Source of the DNA: a virus
Lineage: Duplodnaviria; Heunggongvirae; Uroviricota; Caudoviricetes
Reading direction: 5' to 3' (one strand)
Virus record (IMG/VR): IMGVR_UViG_3300032046_000009
DNA: 64,000 nt
Shown piece after piece: positions 9,378-17,210 of the stretch. How positions within the stretch are numbered: position 1 is the stretch's first letter; each line of letters begins with the position of its first letter. A program made the position numbers and the translations under genes. Under the pieces are notes generated by a model that saw only the letters and a list, made by a program, of their open reading frames with translations, was not told the DNA's origin and made no database searches.

Positions 9378-9704
9378 TTATGTGGTAAGCCATTCGAAAA
9401 CTTTATCATTTATTTCTGCCATACCCTGACCTGTCCAAACGCAATGATGAATAGAAATATGAAGTTCTCTGGGAATATAGATAACACATTCAAAATCTAT
9501 ATGATGAGCAACAGAGCCAATAAATCTCCCATTAAAAGGGTCAAACCCTAATTCTCGCCGTTTTGCATTCTTCATTTTAGTTCGCTCTGGGTGTTTTTTT
9601 CCCCACATTTTTATTTGTTCTCGTTGTCTCTTTTTTTGTGATTCAGTTTTCTCTTTTATTTCAACGTCAAAATTTCCAATAGACTTTAATCGCATCTGAA
9701 TCAT
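9378..9704 (-). CDS. His-rich nuclease-like protein, paralog of 8150..8533
   Basis: VAHHIDFECVIYIPRELHISIHHCVWTGQGMAEIN; class II TATA 9730-9737. Confidence 0.65.
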   Translation of the reverse strand: MIQMRLKSIGNFDVEIKEKTESQKKRQREQIKMWGKKHPERTKMKNAKRRELGFDPFNGRFIGSVAHHIDFECVIYIPRELHISIHHCVWTGQGMAEINDKVFEWLTT

Positions 9705-9745
9705 CTAAAGATAAAATAGTAGAAGTTGCTTATAAAGGTTATGGT

Positions 9746-9961
9746 TTATGTAAATTGAACCTGTTCTATGTCTTTCTTTTTGATGATTTTTTCGAAACAG
9801 TCAGGGCAGAGCCACGTTAAAGTTATGCCAATTTTTCCTCTTTCTTGTACTTTTCCTTTCAAACGATAAACTTTTAGGCTGTTTTTCCAACAATTAGTGC
9901 AACTATAATAGCTTATTGATGAAATACAAATATTATAATCGGTTTTTGTTAGTTGAATCAT
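9746..9961 (-). CDS. small Zn-ribbon protein, last cassette of array A
   Basis: ATG in JM; ends EQVQFT then TAA (start of JM lost). Confidence 0.65.
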   Translation of the reverse strand: MIQLTKTDYNICISSISYYSCTNCWKNSLKVYRLKGKVQERGKIGITLTWLCPDCFEKIIKKKDIEQVQFT

Positions 9962-10200
9962 GTAAACTCTACCTTCTCTTTGCTGTTGAGAAAATCCTTA
10001 AACCACTTTTCCTTTTCCCATTCTTCAATGGGCGTATGAAAACCTAAAAGCGTCCCATGTTCTTTGTCAAACCTTTTTGAAAAATATCTCTTCCATTCTT
10101 CGTTACAACTTTCGCAGAGAACAGCCAATAATAGTTTAATTGGAAATTGACCGCTAACTATTCTTTTGCATTTTCTACAACGTCCTTTAAATTTTGTCAT
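9958..10200 (-). CDS. small Zn-ribbon protein (family B)
   Basis: JM both ends; CRKC..CESC-x3-W; ends EKVEFT. Confidence 0.7.
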   Translation of the reverse strand: MTKFKGRCRKCKRIVSGQFPIKLLLAVLCESCNEEWKRYFSKRFDKEHGTLLGFHTPIEEWEKEKWFKDFLNSKEKVEFT

Positions 10201-10424
10201 GTAAATTCAACCGTTTCCCGTTCACTCTTCCAATACTCACATGAACAACCTAAACGATAAGAATGTCTAGGACTACCTAACGGAGTTTTCACGTCCCTTA
10301 AAAATCCTGTAGCTTTCCCGTTCGGTTCAGTTAAGTTAGGTTGTGAGCGCATCTCTGTGCATTTATAATAAATCTTGTCGAGATTCCTCTTGTTCGAACA
10401 GTTAAAGCAACCTTTCTCTTTCAA
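10197..10424 (-). CDS. small Cys protein (family C, GCFNC..GCSC)
   Basis: track 10197..10493 trimmed to TTG in JM 10421-10441; ends ETVEFT. Confidence 0.6.
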   Translation of the reverse strand: MKEKGCFNCSNKRNLDKIYYKCTEMRSQPNLTEPNGKATGFLRDVKTPLGSPRHSYRLGCSCEYWKSERETVEFT

Positions 10425-10660
10425 GTGAAATTGACCTTCTCTTTTGTTGTTACTTTGCGTTTTAATAGCCACTTTTTGAAAAAAGACTCCCAAGTATTAT
10501 CTCTTCTATCGTGAAAGAAGTCATGTCGTTCTTGTGATTTTTCCCACAAAATACCATGTGAGTCGCAAAGATAAAGTTTTTCCTCAGTCTGTATATCGTG
10601 ATAATTTGCATAACCTTTTTTACCGCAAATACAACACTTTTTACGGTTTGAATTTATCAT
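10421..10660 (-). CDS. small Zn-ribbon protein (family B)
   Basis: JM both ends; CCICG..CDSHGILW; ends EKVNFT. Confidence 0.7.
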   Translation of the reverse strand: MINSNRKKCCICGKKGYANYHDIQTEEKLYLCDSHGILWEKSQERHDFFHDRRDNTWESFFKKWLLKRKVTTKEKVNFT

Positions 10661-10836
10661 GTGAACTCGACCTGTTCTTTTTCGTTAGCCTTTTTATAAC
10701 AAACATTTAGGGTATTGCCTTTGAATCCTCTTTCTATTGAACATGGTTTGCAATAACACACGTTCGCGCTCAATTTATGCAAACTATCACATATATTATT
10801 GCAAGTGAATCTCTTTCCACAAACTTTACAAATCAT
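10657..10836 (-). CDS. 59-aa 8-Cys protein (family A; not in track)
   Basis: hand translation MICKVCGKRFTCNNIC..CYCKPC..EQVEFT; ATGA overlaps. Confidence 0.6.
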   Translation of the reverse strand: MICKVCGKRFTCNNICDSLHKLSANVCYCKPCSIERGFKGNTLNVCYKKANEKEQVEFT

Positions 10837-11051
10837 GTGAACGTCACCGTTTCCCGTCCCTTTAGACGGTTAATAATCTCTCGCGCCTTCATTTTGTCTA
10901 AGAGTTCCATTATCTCTGGGTTATCGGAAAGTAACTTGTCTATGCGTTCGCCTTGCTCTCTGAGCCTGTCTAGCTCGTACATCATACAATTAAAGCATAA
11001 TTTCTCGTTAATTCGTTGTTTGAACTCGTTTCCACATTTAGAACAAATCAT
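10833..11051 (-). CDS. small Zn-ribbon protein (family B)
   Basis: track 10833..11087 trimmed to ATG in JM; ends ETVTFT. Confidence 0.65.
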   Translation of the reverse strand: MICSKCGNEFKQRINEKLCFNCMMYELDRLREQGERIDKLLSDNPEIMELLDKMKAREIINRLKGRETVTFT

Positions 11052-11194
11052 GTGAAACAGACCTTTTCTCTTCCTTTGTTGTTGCATTGCTTACACATTC
11101 TTGAACCTATCTTCTTTGCATCCGCATAGTTTTTAACGGGAATATTGAGAGGTCTGCCACATTTTGAACACGGTATAACGAGAACGCCCGTCAT
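11048..11194 (-). CDS. 48-aa Zn-ribbon protein (not in track)
   Basis: CSKCG..CKQC; ends EKVCFT; ATGA overlaps. Confidence 0.55.
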   Translation of the reverse strand: MTGVLVIPCSKCGRPLNIPVKNYADAKKIGSRMCKQCNNKGREKVCFT

Positions 11195-11397
11195 GTGAAT
11201 AACACCTTCTCTTTTGGCTCTGGGGTTTTATATAGTTTGGTTCCTCGCGCTTTCATTTGAGAATTAAGTTCTTGACAACATTTATCAATTTCATCATAAT
11301 CAATACTGTTTTCGTGACATTTATCGTGCATCTTGCATTCCGTACACAAATCCTCATAATCGTACTCGATATAACCGTTATCGTCTATTGTTGTCAT
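11191..11397 (-). CDS. acidic Cys-containing small protein
   Basis: track trimmed to ATG in JM 11394; ends EKVLFT. Confidence 0.65.
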   Translation of the reverse strand: MTTIDDNGYIEYDYEDLCTECKMHDKCHENSIDYDEIDKCCQELNSQMKARGTKLYKTPEPKEKVLFT

Positions 11398-11588
11398 GTG
11401 AAACATACCTTCTCCTTTTGTTGTAATTCGATTAAATCTGTATCAGATACAACATACCTTTCGGTTTTATATCTTATATCAATGGTTCTGTTTGACATAA
11501 TTCTTGTAATTTTAACAAATGAACCTTTGGGGCAATGCCTAAAGCCAGCGTATTTTAGCTTTGCCTTATCGCCAACTTGAAACGTCAC
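11394..11588 (-). CDS. small beta-barrel (SH3/KOW-like) protein
   Basis: GTG after GGGTGAT; VGDKA motif; ends EKVCFT. Confidence 0.6.
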   Translation of the reverse strand: MTFQVGDKAKLKYAGFRHCPKGSFVKITRIMSNRTIDIRYKTERYVVSDTDLIELQQKEKVCFT

Positions 11589-11704
11589 GAGAAAATCACC
11601 CGTTCTTTTCTTCTGTCTAGCCAGCGATTAAACTCTGCCGTATGAATGAAACATCTAAGTTTTCCTGTATCTTTGTCGAACACTATTATAGCACAGTCAG
11701 TCAT
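11585..11704 (-). CDS. 39-aa protein (not in track)
   Basis: ATG in JM 11701; ends ERVIFS; GTGA overlap. Confidence 0.45.
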   Translation of the reverse strand: MTDCAIIVFDKDTGKLRCFIHTAEFNRWLDRRKERVIFS

Positions 11705-11994
11705 GTAAACGTCACCTTTTCCCTTTTGTCGTATTCTGTTTTTAAACTGTCCTTTAAAAGCCATCCATTCGGATTTTCTCTCATAAATTGTTCAGCATGA
11801 CTTTTTGCCTCTTCATAAGTGTTAAAGATTCCCTCAGTATCGTATTTTCCTGTTTTATCATCTCTGAGCCAAATCTCTGTGCACTCACATTCATTGGGAG
11901 TATGAGTTTCACAATCTTCATAAACGTCTAAACTAAGAAATTCGGTTCCTATTCTCCACGAATTAGTTCCATCCCAGACCCATTTACCCGTCAT
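11701..11994 (-). CDS. hypothetical small protein
   Basis: track 11701..12042 trimmed to ATG in JM; ends EKVTFT. Confidence 0.65.
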   Translation of the reverse strand: MTGKWVWDGTNSWRIGTEFLSLDVYEDCETHTPNECECTEIWLRDDKTGKYDTEGIFNTYEEAKSHAEQFMRENPNGWLLKDSLKTEYDKREKVTFT

Positions 11995-12188
11995 GTAAAG
12001 TTCACCTTTTCCTTTGCGTCTGGGTATCTTTGCGCTTTGCATTCTTTATGTTTATAGTTAAGAAAAGGCAATAAGCATAGAGGTTTATAGGGGTTCTTTC
12101 TGTGAACCTTATGAGGACATTCTGCCTCATCAATGCAAATAGGGACATCGTGATTTTTCAGAAGAGCCTTTAAGTTTAAATCCGTCAC
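11991..12188 (-). CDS. hypothetical small protein, first gene of array A
   Basis: GTG after GAGGGG; ends EKVNFT. Confidence 0.6.
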   Translation of the reverse strand: MTDLNLKALLKNHDVPICIDEAECPHKVHRKNPYKPLCLLPFLNYKHKECKAQRYPDAKEKVNFT

Positions 12189-12368
12189 GCTTTCAACCCC
12201 TCTCTAAACTTGCCATGTGCGAACGGTTGACCGTGATGTGAGCCTGTCGGCAGACTTGAATAGAAACGTCTAAGTTTTCGGACGTTCAACGGCAGACCCC
12301 CGTGACTTTGCGTTTTGCGAGTTTGCGCTTTATCCTATGAAGTTTTCCCGTATTAATCACCTGATTAA

Positions 12369-12420
12369 CTAGAACAACACCGTGACTTATAAAGGTTGTT
12401 CCAGAAAGACCATTCTCGAA
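12369..12420 (-). promoter_or_regulatory. class I promoter for array A, palindrome 12353-12368 adjacent
   Basis: cgtgacttataaaggttgttccagaaagaccattctcgaa; about 160-nt ORF-free leader follows. Confidence 0.55.
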
Positions 12421-12635
12421 ATACTGTTCCGTATCTTACAACTTTCGAGTTTAAGCCCATATTCAGCCTCTAATTGCTTCGCCCTCTTCGCCAGCCCGTC
12501 CTTATAGGATTTAACGCCCAGAATGAGCAGACAATCTTTCATCCATCCCTCATAAACGATTAGTTTGTCCCCCTCAATTCGAACTCCAAATCCAATATGC
12601 CCAAGTTTTCGAGCTACGTTCTTCAAATCAGTCAT
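12387..12635 (-). CDS. hypothetical small protein
   Basis: 82 aa; ATG in JM 12632. Confidence 0.65.
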   Translation of the reverse strand: MTDLKNVARKLGHIGFGVRIEGDKLIVYEGWMKDCLLILGVKSYKDGLAKRAKQLEAEYGLKLESCKIRNSISRMVFLEQPL

Positions 12636-12853
12636 GTAAATTCAACCCTCTCAGGAACCATGAATTTCACCTTTCGAATTATGTCACCGTGAACGAAATA
12701 CTTTGACCATTTTCGTTTTACCACACACACGGTAAAAACAAGTGGGGTTTTTTTTGTAATTGATTCAACTTCTAGTATCGTGCCTACGGGAACGTAAGGA
12801 TTATTTGATTTAAGCAACCGTACAAAATCGCCAGCTTTTATTATTTGATTCAT
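12632..12853 (-). CDS. small beta-barrel (SH3/KOW-like) protein
   Basis: AGDFV motif; JM both ends; ends ERVEFT. Confidence 0.65.
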   Translation of the reverse strand: MNQIIKAGDFVRLLKSNNPYVPVGTILEVESITKKTPLVFTVCVVKRKWSKYFVHGDIIRKVKFMVPERVEFT

Positions 12854-13005
12854 GTAAATGCAACCTTTTCCTTCGTCCGTTTGACCTCTACGACTGTGAG
12901 AATGCCCCCTTCGTCCATTCCGTTTGATAACAGACAGTCTTTCATGTCGAGCAATGTCGGGGGGTCGTCCCCTTCGTATGTAACTAAGAATTTCTTTTTA
13001 GACAT
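12850..13005 (-). CDS. 51-aa acidic protein (not in track)
   Basis: hand translation; ends EKVAFT; ATGA overlap. Confidence 0.5.
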   Translation of the reverse strand: MSKKKFLVTYEGDDPPTLLDMKDCLLSNGMDEGGILTVVEVKRTKEKVAFT

Positions 13006-13166
13006 TATTTCACGCTCTTGTTCTCTAGTTTGTAAAGGTCTGAATTAAGAAACGCTTCGGAAAATTCACAACCGTTCAGCCAATTTTCTACTAATCCCCG
13101 TCTAACTTCGTTGCGTGTCAAAATTCGGTTATCCGTCCACGAAGGTTGTTTTGTCAAAGTTTTCAC
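13005..13166 (-). CDS. 53-aa protein (not in track)
   Basis: GTG in GGACGTGA; TAATG overlap downstream. Confidence 0.4.
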   Translation of the reverse strand: MKTLTKQPSWTDNRILTRNEVRRGLVENWLNGCEFSEAFLNSDLYKLENKSVK

Positions 13167-13279
13167 GTCCGTTCCTTAAAGATTTTTTTCGCTAACGGGT
13201 GTTCTGAAAACTTTTTGCCACCCTCAGTTTCACTAAAGATTTTACGAAATATTTCGTAGCCCGTTAGTTCTTTACTCAT
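13163..13279 (-). CDS. 38-aa protein (not in track)
   Basis: ATG 3 nt after stop of 13283..13561; GTGA overlap. Confidence 0.4.
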   Translation of the reverse strand: MSKELTGYEIFRKIFSETEGGKKFSEHPLAKKIFKERT

Positions 13280-13282
13280 TTT

Positions 13283-13561
13283 TTAATCTTCCTTAATGTG
13301 TGGATTTAATGCAATTCCGTAGGCAACTAAGACTTCTTTAATTTTGCCTATGTCTTTTGTCGAAACATAAAAAGTGGACTCGGTACTAACCTCATATTCA
13401 AATTGAGAAAGAAGGTTGCATATAAGGTCAATATCTTCCTGTTCTTCTATGTCGAAACCGTCTTTTCTAATGAGCAACAGAGAACATGGTACTTTAAGGT
13501 TTGAGAACAGTTTAGCGTCCTCTTCTATTTCTTTGGTTGAAATTATATTGAATTGAAACAT
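13283..13561 (-). CDS. hypothetical acidic protein
   Basis: 92 aa; GCGTGAAAGAAA-ATG leader. Confidence 0.65.
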   Translation of the reverse strand: MFQFNIISTKEIEEDAKLFSNLKVPCSLLLIRKDGFDIEEQEDIDLICNLLSQFEYEVSTESTFYVSTKDIGKIKEVLVAYGIALNPHIKED

Positions 13562-13593
13562 TTTCTTTCACGCTCGAATTTTTGTCTAAGTTT

Positions 13594-14283
13594 TCAGTCC
13601 TCTTCTTTCTTGTTCTTCTTTGCCTTTTCTGCCTTTTGGTCACAGAGAAAACTTTCGCATTGCCCGTTCAATTCGTCCAGCATATTCACGGTGTCTAACA
13701 TTTCGTTATATCGCTCGTGTCCCTTCATGCTTTCGATGTGTGAATTGCAAATCTCAACTGCTTTTCGACATCTCCAAAGTGTGCTCTGAGCCATGCGTTT
13801 GTCTTTTAACCCGTCCTCTGCCATCTTGACGTGTTCCATTATGAAGTTAAGAATGAACTCTGCTTTCTTGTCTTTGTAGTTTTCGAATCCTTCTGGGGTC
13901 GTGAAAATCGGAATGATTTTTATGCGTCTGTCGATGTCCTCAAATCCTTTGCTCTTTGCCTTTGCCTTTATCTCTTCAATTTCTGCAACAGCTAAGTCCA
14001 GCTTATCGCCGTCCAGAAGCCAACTGCTTTCGAGATGTTTCACAGCGTCCAGCTTGAATTTCAGAGCGAACACAATTGCGTTTCTGAAAATTCGCGCAAG
14101 TTTGTTGAATCGCGTGTTTGCGTCCCGTTGTTCTTTTGTCAACTTTTTCTTTTCCGCGTCCGTCAGATATTTCTCGCTGTAAAGGTCATACTCTATTGTA
14201 TAAATCGTTTCGCCGTGTAGTCCTAACGATTCAAGAGCCTTTTCGTCTATGATGAGTTTGTTTGTCGTTTTTTGGTCAGCCAT
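13594..14283 (-). CDS. hypothetical coiled-coil protein
   Basis: track 13594..14292; ATG after AAGTGATTAAA, i.e. palindrome 14285-14300 supplies the SD. Confidence 0.7.
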   Translation of the reverse strand: MADQKTTNKLIIDEKALESLGLHGETIYTIEYDLYSEKYLTDAEKKKLTKEQRDANTRFNKLARIFRNAIVFALKFKLDAVKHLESSWLLDGDKLDLAVAEIEEIKAKAKSKGFEDIDRRIKIIPIFTTPEGFENYKDKKAEFILNFIMEHVKMAEDGLKDKRMAQSTLWRCRKAVEICNSHIESMKGHERYNEMLDTVNMLDELNGQCESFLCDQKAEKAKKNKKEED

Positions 14284-14284
14284 T

Positions 14285-14300
14285 TTAATCACTTGATTAA
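14285..14300. promoter_or_regulatory. 16-bp palindrome TTAATCACTTGATTAA between TATA and start
   Basis: read directly; TATA 14318-14325. Confidence 0.7.
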
Positions 14301-14352
14301 CTATAAATACAGCGTCCTATATAAACGTTTGCTAGGAATCTCCATTCTCATT

Positions 14353-14706
14353 TTACTTAATCAGGTGATTAAACGATTTATGACTAATAATTCTGTGACA
14401 ATTCGCGCAGACTAATCGAACGTCCTCTGGAATTTTCTCTGCCCTTCTCCAACGAACCAATTCTTTTACTCTTCGATTCGCATTTTTTTGTTGTTCATTG
14501 CAACGAAGCCATGTATCGTTTCCTTCATGGTGAAAATCATAAACACAAGAATCAAAATGTTTATCGCAATGAAAACACTTATCGCCTAACTTTTGAATCG
14601 CCCAGAGTTTTAATTCTTCTAGCCATTTTTGGTGATATATCTTTTGGCATTCAGGACATCTTTGAGATTTTGTATTTGTTTCTTTTTCACAGTCTTGACA
14701 TTTCAT
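14353..14706 (-). CDS. HNH endonuclease
   Basis: CPEC..CFHC..HH..N..CANCH; class II TATA 14741-14750. Confidence 0.7.
   Translation of the reverse strand: MKCQDCEKETNTKSQRCPECQKIYHQKWLEELKLWAIQKLGDKCFHCDKHFDSCVYDFHHEGNDTWLRCNEQQKNANRRVKELVRWRRAEKIPEDVRLVCANCHRIISHKSFNHLIK
14357..14372. promoter_or_regulatory. 16-bp palindrome TTAATCAGGTGATTAA, promoter-distal copy
   Basis: read directly; flanks the same promoter about 72 bp away. Confidence 0.7.
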
Positions 14707-14762
14707 TTGAAACACTAATTAATAGATGGTTAATTAAGTATTTAAGTCTTATGGTTGATTAA

Positions 14763-15050
14763 TTAGGTGAATTGAACACATTCTCTCTCAGGAGCTAAGA
14801 GGTTCCATCTGCCCTTATCATAAATGAATTGTTTTCCTTTGAAAAATAAAAAGTCAAAAGGCAAATCATTTTTACGACAAACTTCGCAAAAATAATGCAA
14901 AAAGTGAGTTTCCCTTATTTTTTGTCTATCGTGTTGTGAAAAACTATCTGTGAAAAAAAGTGTTCCACTTTGTTCTTCCAGAATAGAACCACAAGACGGA
15001 CATTTTCGAGTCAAGCGAATTGAACCGCAAGACGGACAATTTTGAATCAA
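14763..15050 (-). CDS. small double Zn-ribbon protein, terminal cassette
   Basis: TTG in JM 15047; CPSCG x2; ends ECVQFT then TAA. Confidence 0.65.
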   Translation of the reverse strand: MIQNCPSCGSIRLTRKCPSCGSILEEQSGTLFFTDSFSQHDRQKIRETHFLHYFCEVCRKNDLPFDFLFFKGKQFIYDKGRWNLLAPERECVQFT

Positions 15051-15262
15051 GTAAATTGCACCTGTTCTCTAGCTTCGGATTCTGCTAGATAAGTTGTGCA
15101 ACAACAACCATAACGATAATCTTCCGCACCGTCCTTCAAAATCTCCATAAAATTAATTCCATTTCTTCTTTGTCCCTCAATAAGATGACATTTTTTGAAT
15201 CGAGCGCAATTAAAACAACCACGCTCTATCGTTAATTCTTCGTCTTGCCCGATATATGTCAT
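15047..15262 (-). CDS. small Cys protein (family C, GCFNC..GCCC)
   Basis: track trimmed to ATG after GGTGAAAAA; ends EQVQFT. Confidence 0.6.
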   Translation of the reverse strand: MTYIGQDEELTIERGCFNCARFKKCHLIEGQRRNGINFMEILKDGAEDYRYGCCCTTYLAESEAREQVQFT

Positions 15263-15266
15263 TTTT

Positions 15267-15419
15267 TCACCAATGGAAAATTTCCCGTTCAACTTTCTTT
15301 TTCGGTTTCGATTTTCGTTTGTGAGTTTGAGCGTATTTTTTCTGATAGTCTTTTCTTCTCTCGATTAGAAATTCTTGCATTTCTCTTCGCGCTAACGCCT
15401 CTTCAATATAATCAGTCAT
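15267..15419 (-). CDS. 50-aa basic protein (not in track)
   Basis: hand translation; K/R-rich. Confidence 0.45.
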   Translation of the reverse strand: MTDYIEEALARREMQEFLIERRKDYQKKYAQTHKRKSKPKKKVEREIFHW

Positions 15420-15452
15420 TTTGGTTTTCCTCAAAAAAGTGGAATTTTGGGT

Positions 15453-15779
15453 TTACCATTTATCGTGTAGCCATAGCCAAATTGCACGTTGTTCAATTGG
15501 TAACTCTTCGAATTCTTTACAGTAGAAATGACGTATGAATTCGAGAAGTTTTCCATCTGCAATTTTGTGGCATTTTTTGTGAATATAGTGAATCCGTCCG
15601 TGTGCTTCGCAATGTGCAGTTTTGTGTTTCGGGTCTAGGCAAATTTCACAGATACCTTTCGGGGGGTTTTTGGGGTCAAACGGTTTCTGCAAAGTTTTTC
15701 GTGTCGGTTGTGGTGTTGGGGGTTCTTCGCCAGCAGGGTTCGCTACTATAATTTTTCTATTGCAAAAGAATCTATTCAT
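15453..15779 (-). CDS. Cys/His-rich Zn-binding protein
   Basis: CEIC..H..HC..H..H..KKCH; TAAATG junction with MoxR gene. Confidence 0.65.
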   Translation of the reverse strand: MNRFFCNRKIIVANPAGEEPPTPQPTRKTLQKPFDPKNPPKGICEICLDPKHKTAHCEAHGRIHYIHKKCHKIADGKLLEFIRHFYCKEFEELPIEQRAIWLWLHDKW

Positions 15780-16667
15780 TTAGGTATCCTCTTCTTTCTT
15801 TTTCAACTTTTCTACGTCTATCTCAGAGCTATCTTCGAAGAACGACCTAAATAAATTGCGCTCTTCTCTTGCGGTGTAAAGCGAACTTGCTATATCGATT
15901 ATGTCCTCTTCGGACATCTTCGCTTTGTAGAGTTTGCCGTAGTTTATTAGGTTGCCTGTCGTGAGGGGCGTTCTAAGTTTTCCGTTCTCGTATTCGGTTC
16001 GCGTCTTTTTGGCAATTTCTACGAACTTCGCAGAAAAGTCATAGTTTCCAGAGAACTTCTTTACCAATTCGCGTTCTTTCTGGGGGCTAAGGTATTCGAT
16101 TATCAGACCTTCAAATCGTCTAATGGTTGCAATGTTCTCGATGAATGTCCCAGAGTAACCCGATTTTTCTGAGGGGTTATAGCTGATAACGAGATAGTGC
16201 TGTGCTGTCCGTGTGAATTGCTTCTTGTATTCTGGAATATACACGTTTCCCCTAAAGTCTGCCAATGATTCCAGAAGTGAAATTATCGATGGTTCTGCAT
16301 AGTTGAACCCGTCTATGTAAAGCAGACCTTTCTCGCTGTTCAACCATTGAATTATGATTCCATCTCTTGTTTCTGTGCTTCCAGCTTTCAGAGTATCACA
16401 TGCCAGCAAATCCCACTTTGTCACGTCCCGTGTTAAGACAATTTCAAAAAGCGGAACCTCTAACAATTCAGCCAACTTGTGAACAAGAGTTGTTTTGCCC
16501 GTCCCCGTTTCGCCGACTAATCTAAGGTTGCCGACAATTTCAAGAATCGCTCTTGACTTTTCAATGTAGCCATGTTCGTCCACGAACTCGATGCCTTTGA
16601 CGTAGATGCCAGCACCTTCAAGTGCTGATTCGACCTTTGCATGAATCTTTTCAAATTCTGAGTTCAT
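15780..16667 (-). CDS. AAA+ ATPase, MoxR/CbbQ/NorQ-like
   Basis: Walker A GETGTGKTT; Walker B LLYIDGF; VWA partner in the adjacent unit. Confidence 0.8.
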   Translation of the reverse strand: MNSEFEKIHAKVESALEGAGIYVKGIEFVDEHGYIEKSRAILEIVGNLRLVGETGTGKTTLVHKLAELLEVPLFEIVLTRDVTKWDLLACDTLKAGSTETRDGIIIQWLNSEKGLLYIDGFNYAEPSIISLLESLADFRGNVYIPEYKKQFTRTAQHYLVISYNPSEKSGYSGTFIENIATIRRFEGLIIEYLSPQKERELVKKFSGNYDFSAKFVEIAKKTRTEYENGKLRTPLTTGNLINYGKLYKAKMSEEDIIDIASSLYTAREERNLFRSFFEDSSEIDVEKLKKKEEDT

Positions 16668-16805
16668 CTTTATTACCTTACGAGTATAGATGCCAGCGTC
16701 CTATTTAAATGTTTGCTTAGAAAGACCATGTTCATTTTAGTTAATCAACTGATTAAAATTTCTCAAAACCCCTCTCCCGCCCGAACCAAAGGTTGCACCA
16801 AAAGT

Positions 16806-17033
16806 TTAAGTAAATTGCACTTCTTCTCTGCCCGATTCTTGGCAATGAAATTGAACAACGTTAAAAGATTCATAAGTAGAGTCTGCCCCAGACAACTTTG
16901 AAAACTCTTCCGAAACTTTTTTTACACACTCAAGACAATAACAGTCATTCGGATTTTTAAGTCTATCACTTTTGCATTTTCCGTTGCAGAAAAAATTGTT
17001 CTTACAATGTGTGCAATGTCTTTTATATTTCAC
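16806..17033 (-). CDS. 8-Cys small protein (family A)
   Basis: CTHCKNNFFCNGKC..CYCLEC; ends EEVQFT then TAA. Confidence 0.65.
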   Translation of the reverse strand: MKYKRHCTHCKNNFFCNGKCKSDRLKNPNDCYCLECVKKVSEEFSKLSGADSTYESFNVVQFHCQESGREEVQFT

Positions 17034-17039
17034 AAGTTA

Positions 17040-17204
17040 TCACATTCGAGTTTTGTTAAGTTTACTTCGTTTCAATTCGCAATAAAGCATAGTCCACAAG
17101 AATTTTTTGGTTAGCTTTATCTTGTGTTTATTGTATTCGAAGAGGTCTTTAGAAATTTCGTCTGCCAATTTTCTACATTCTTTATCGTCAATTATGCAAA
17201 CCAT
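17040..17204 (-). CDS. 54-aa protein (not in track)
   Basis: ATG 6 nt after VWA gene stop; hand translation. Confidence 0.45.
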   Translation of the reverse strand: MVCIIDDKECRKLADEISKDLFEYNKHKIKLTKKFLWTMLYCELKRSKLNKTRM

Positions 17205-17210
17205 TTTTAC

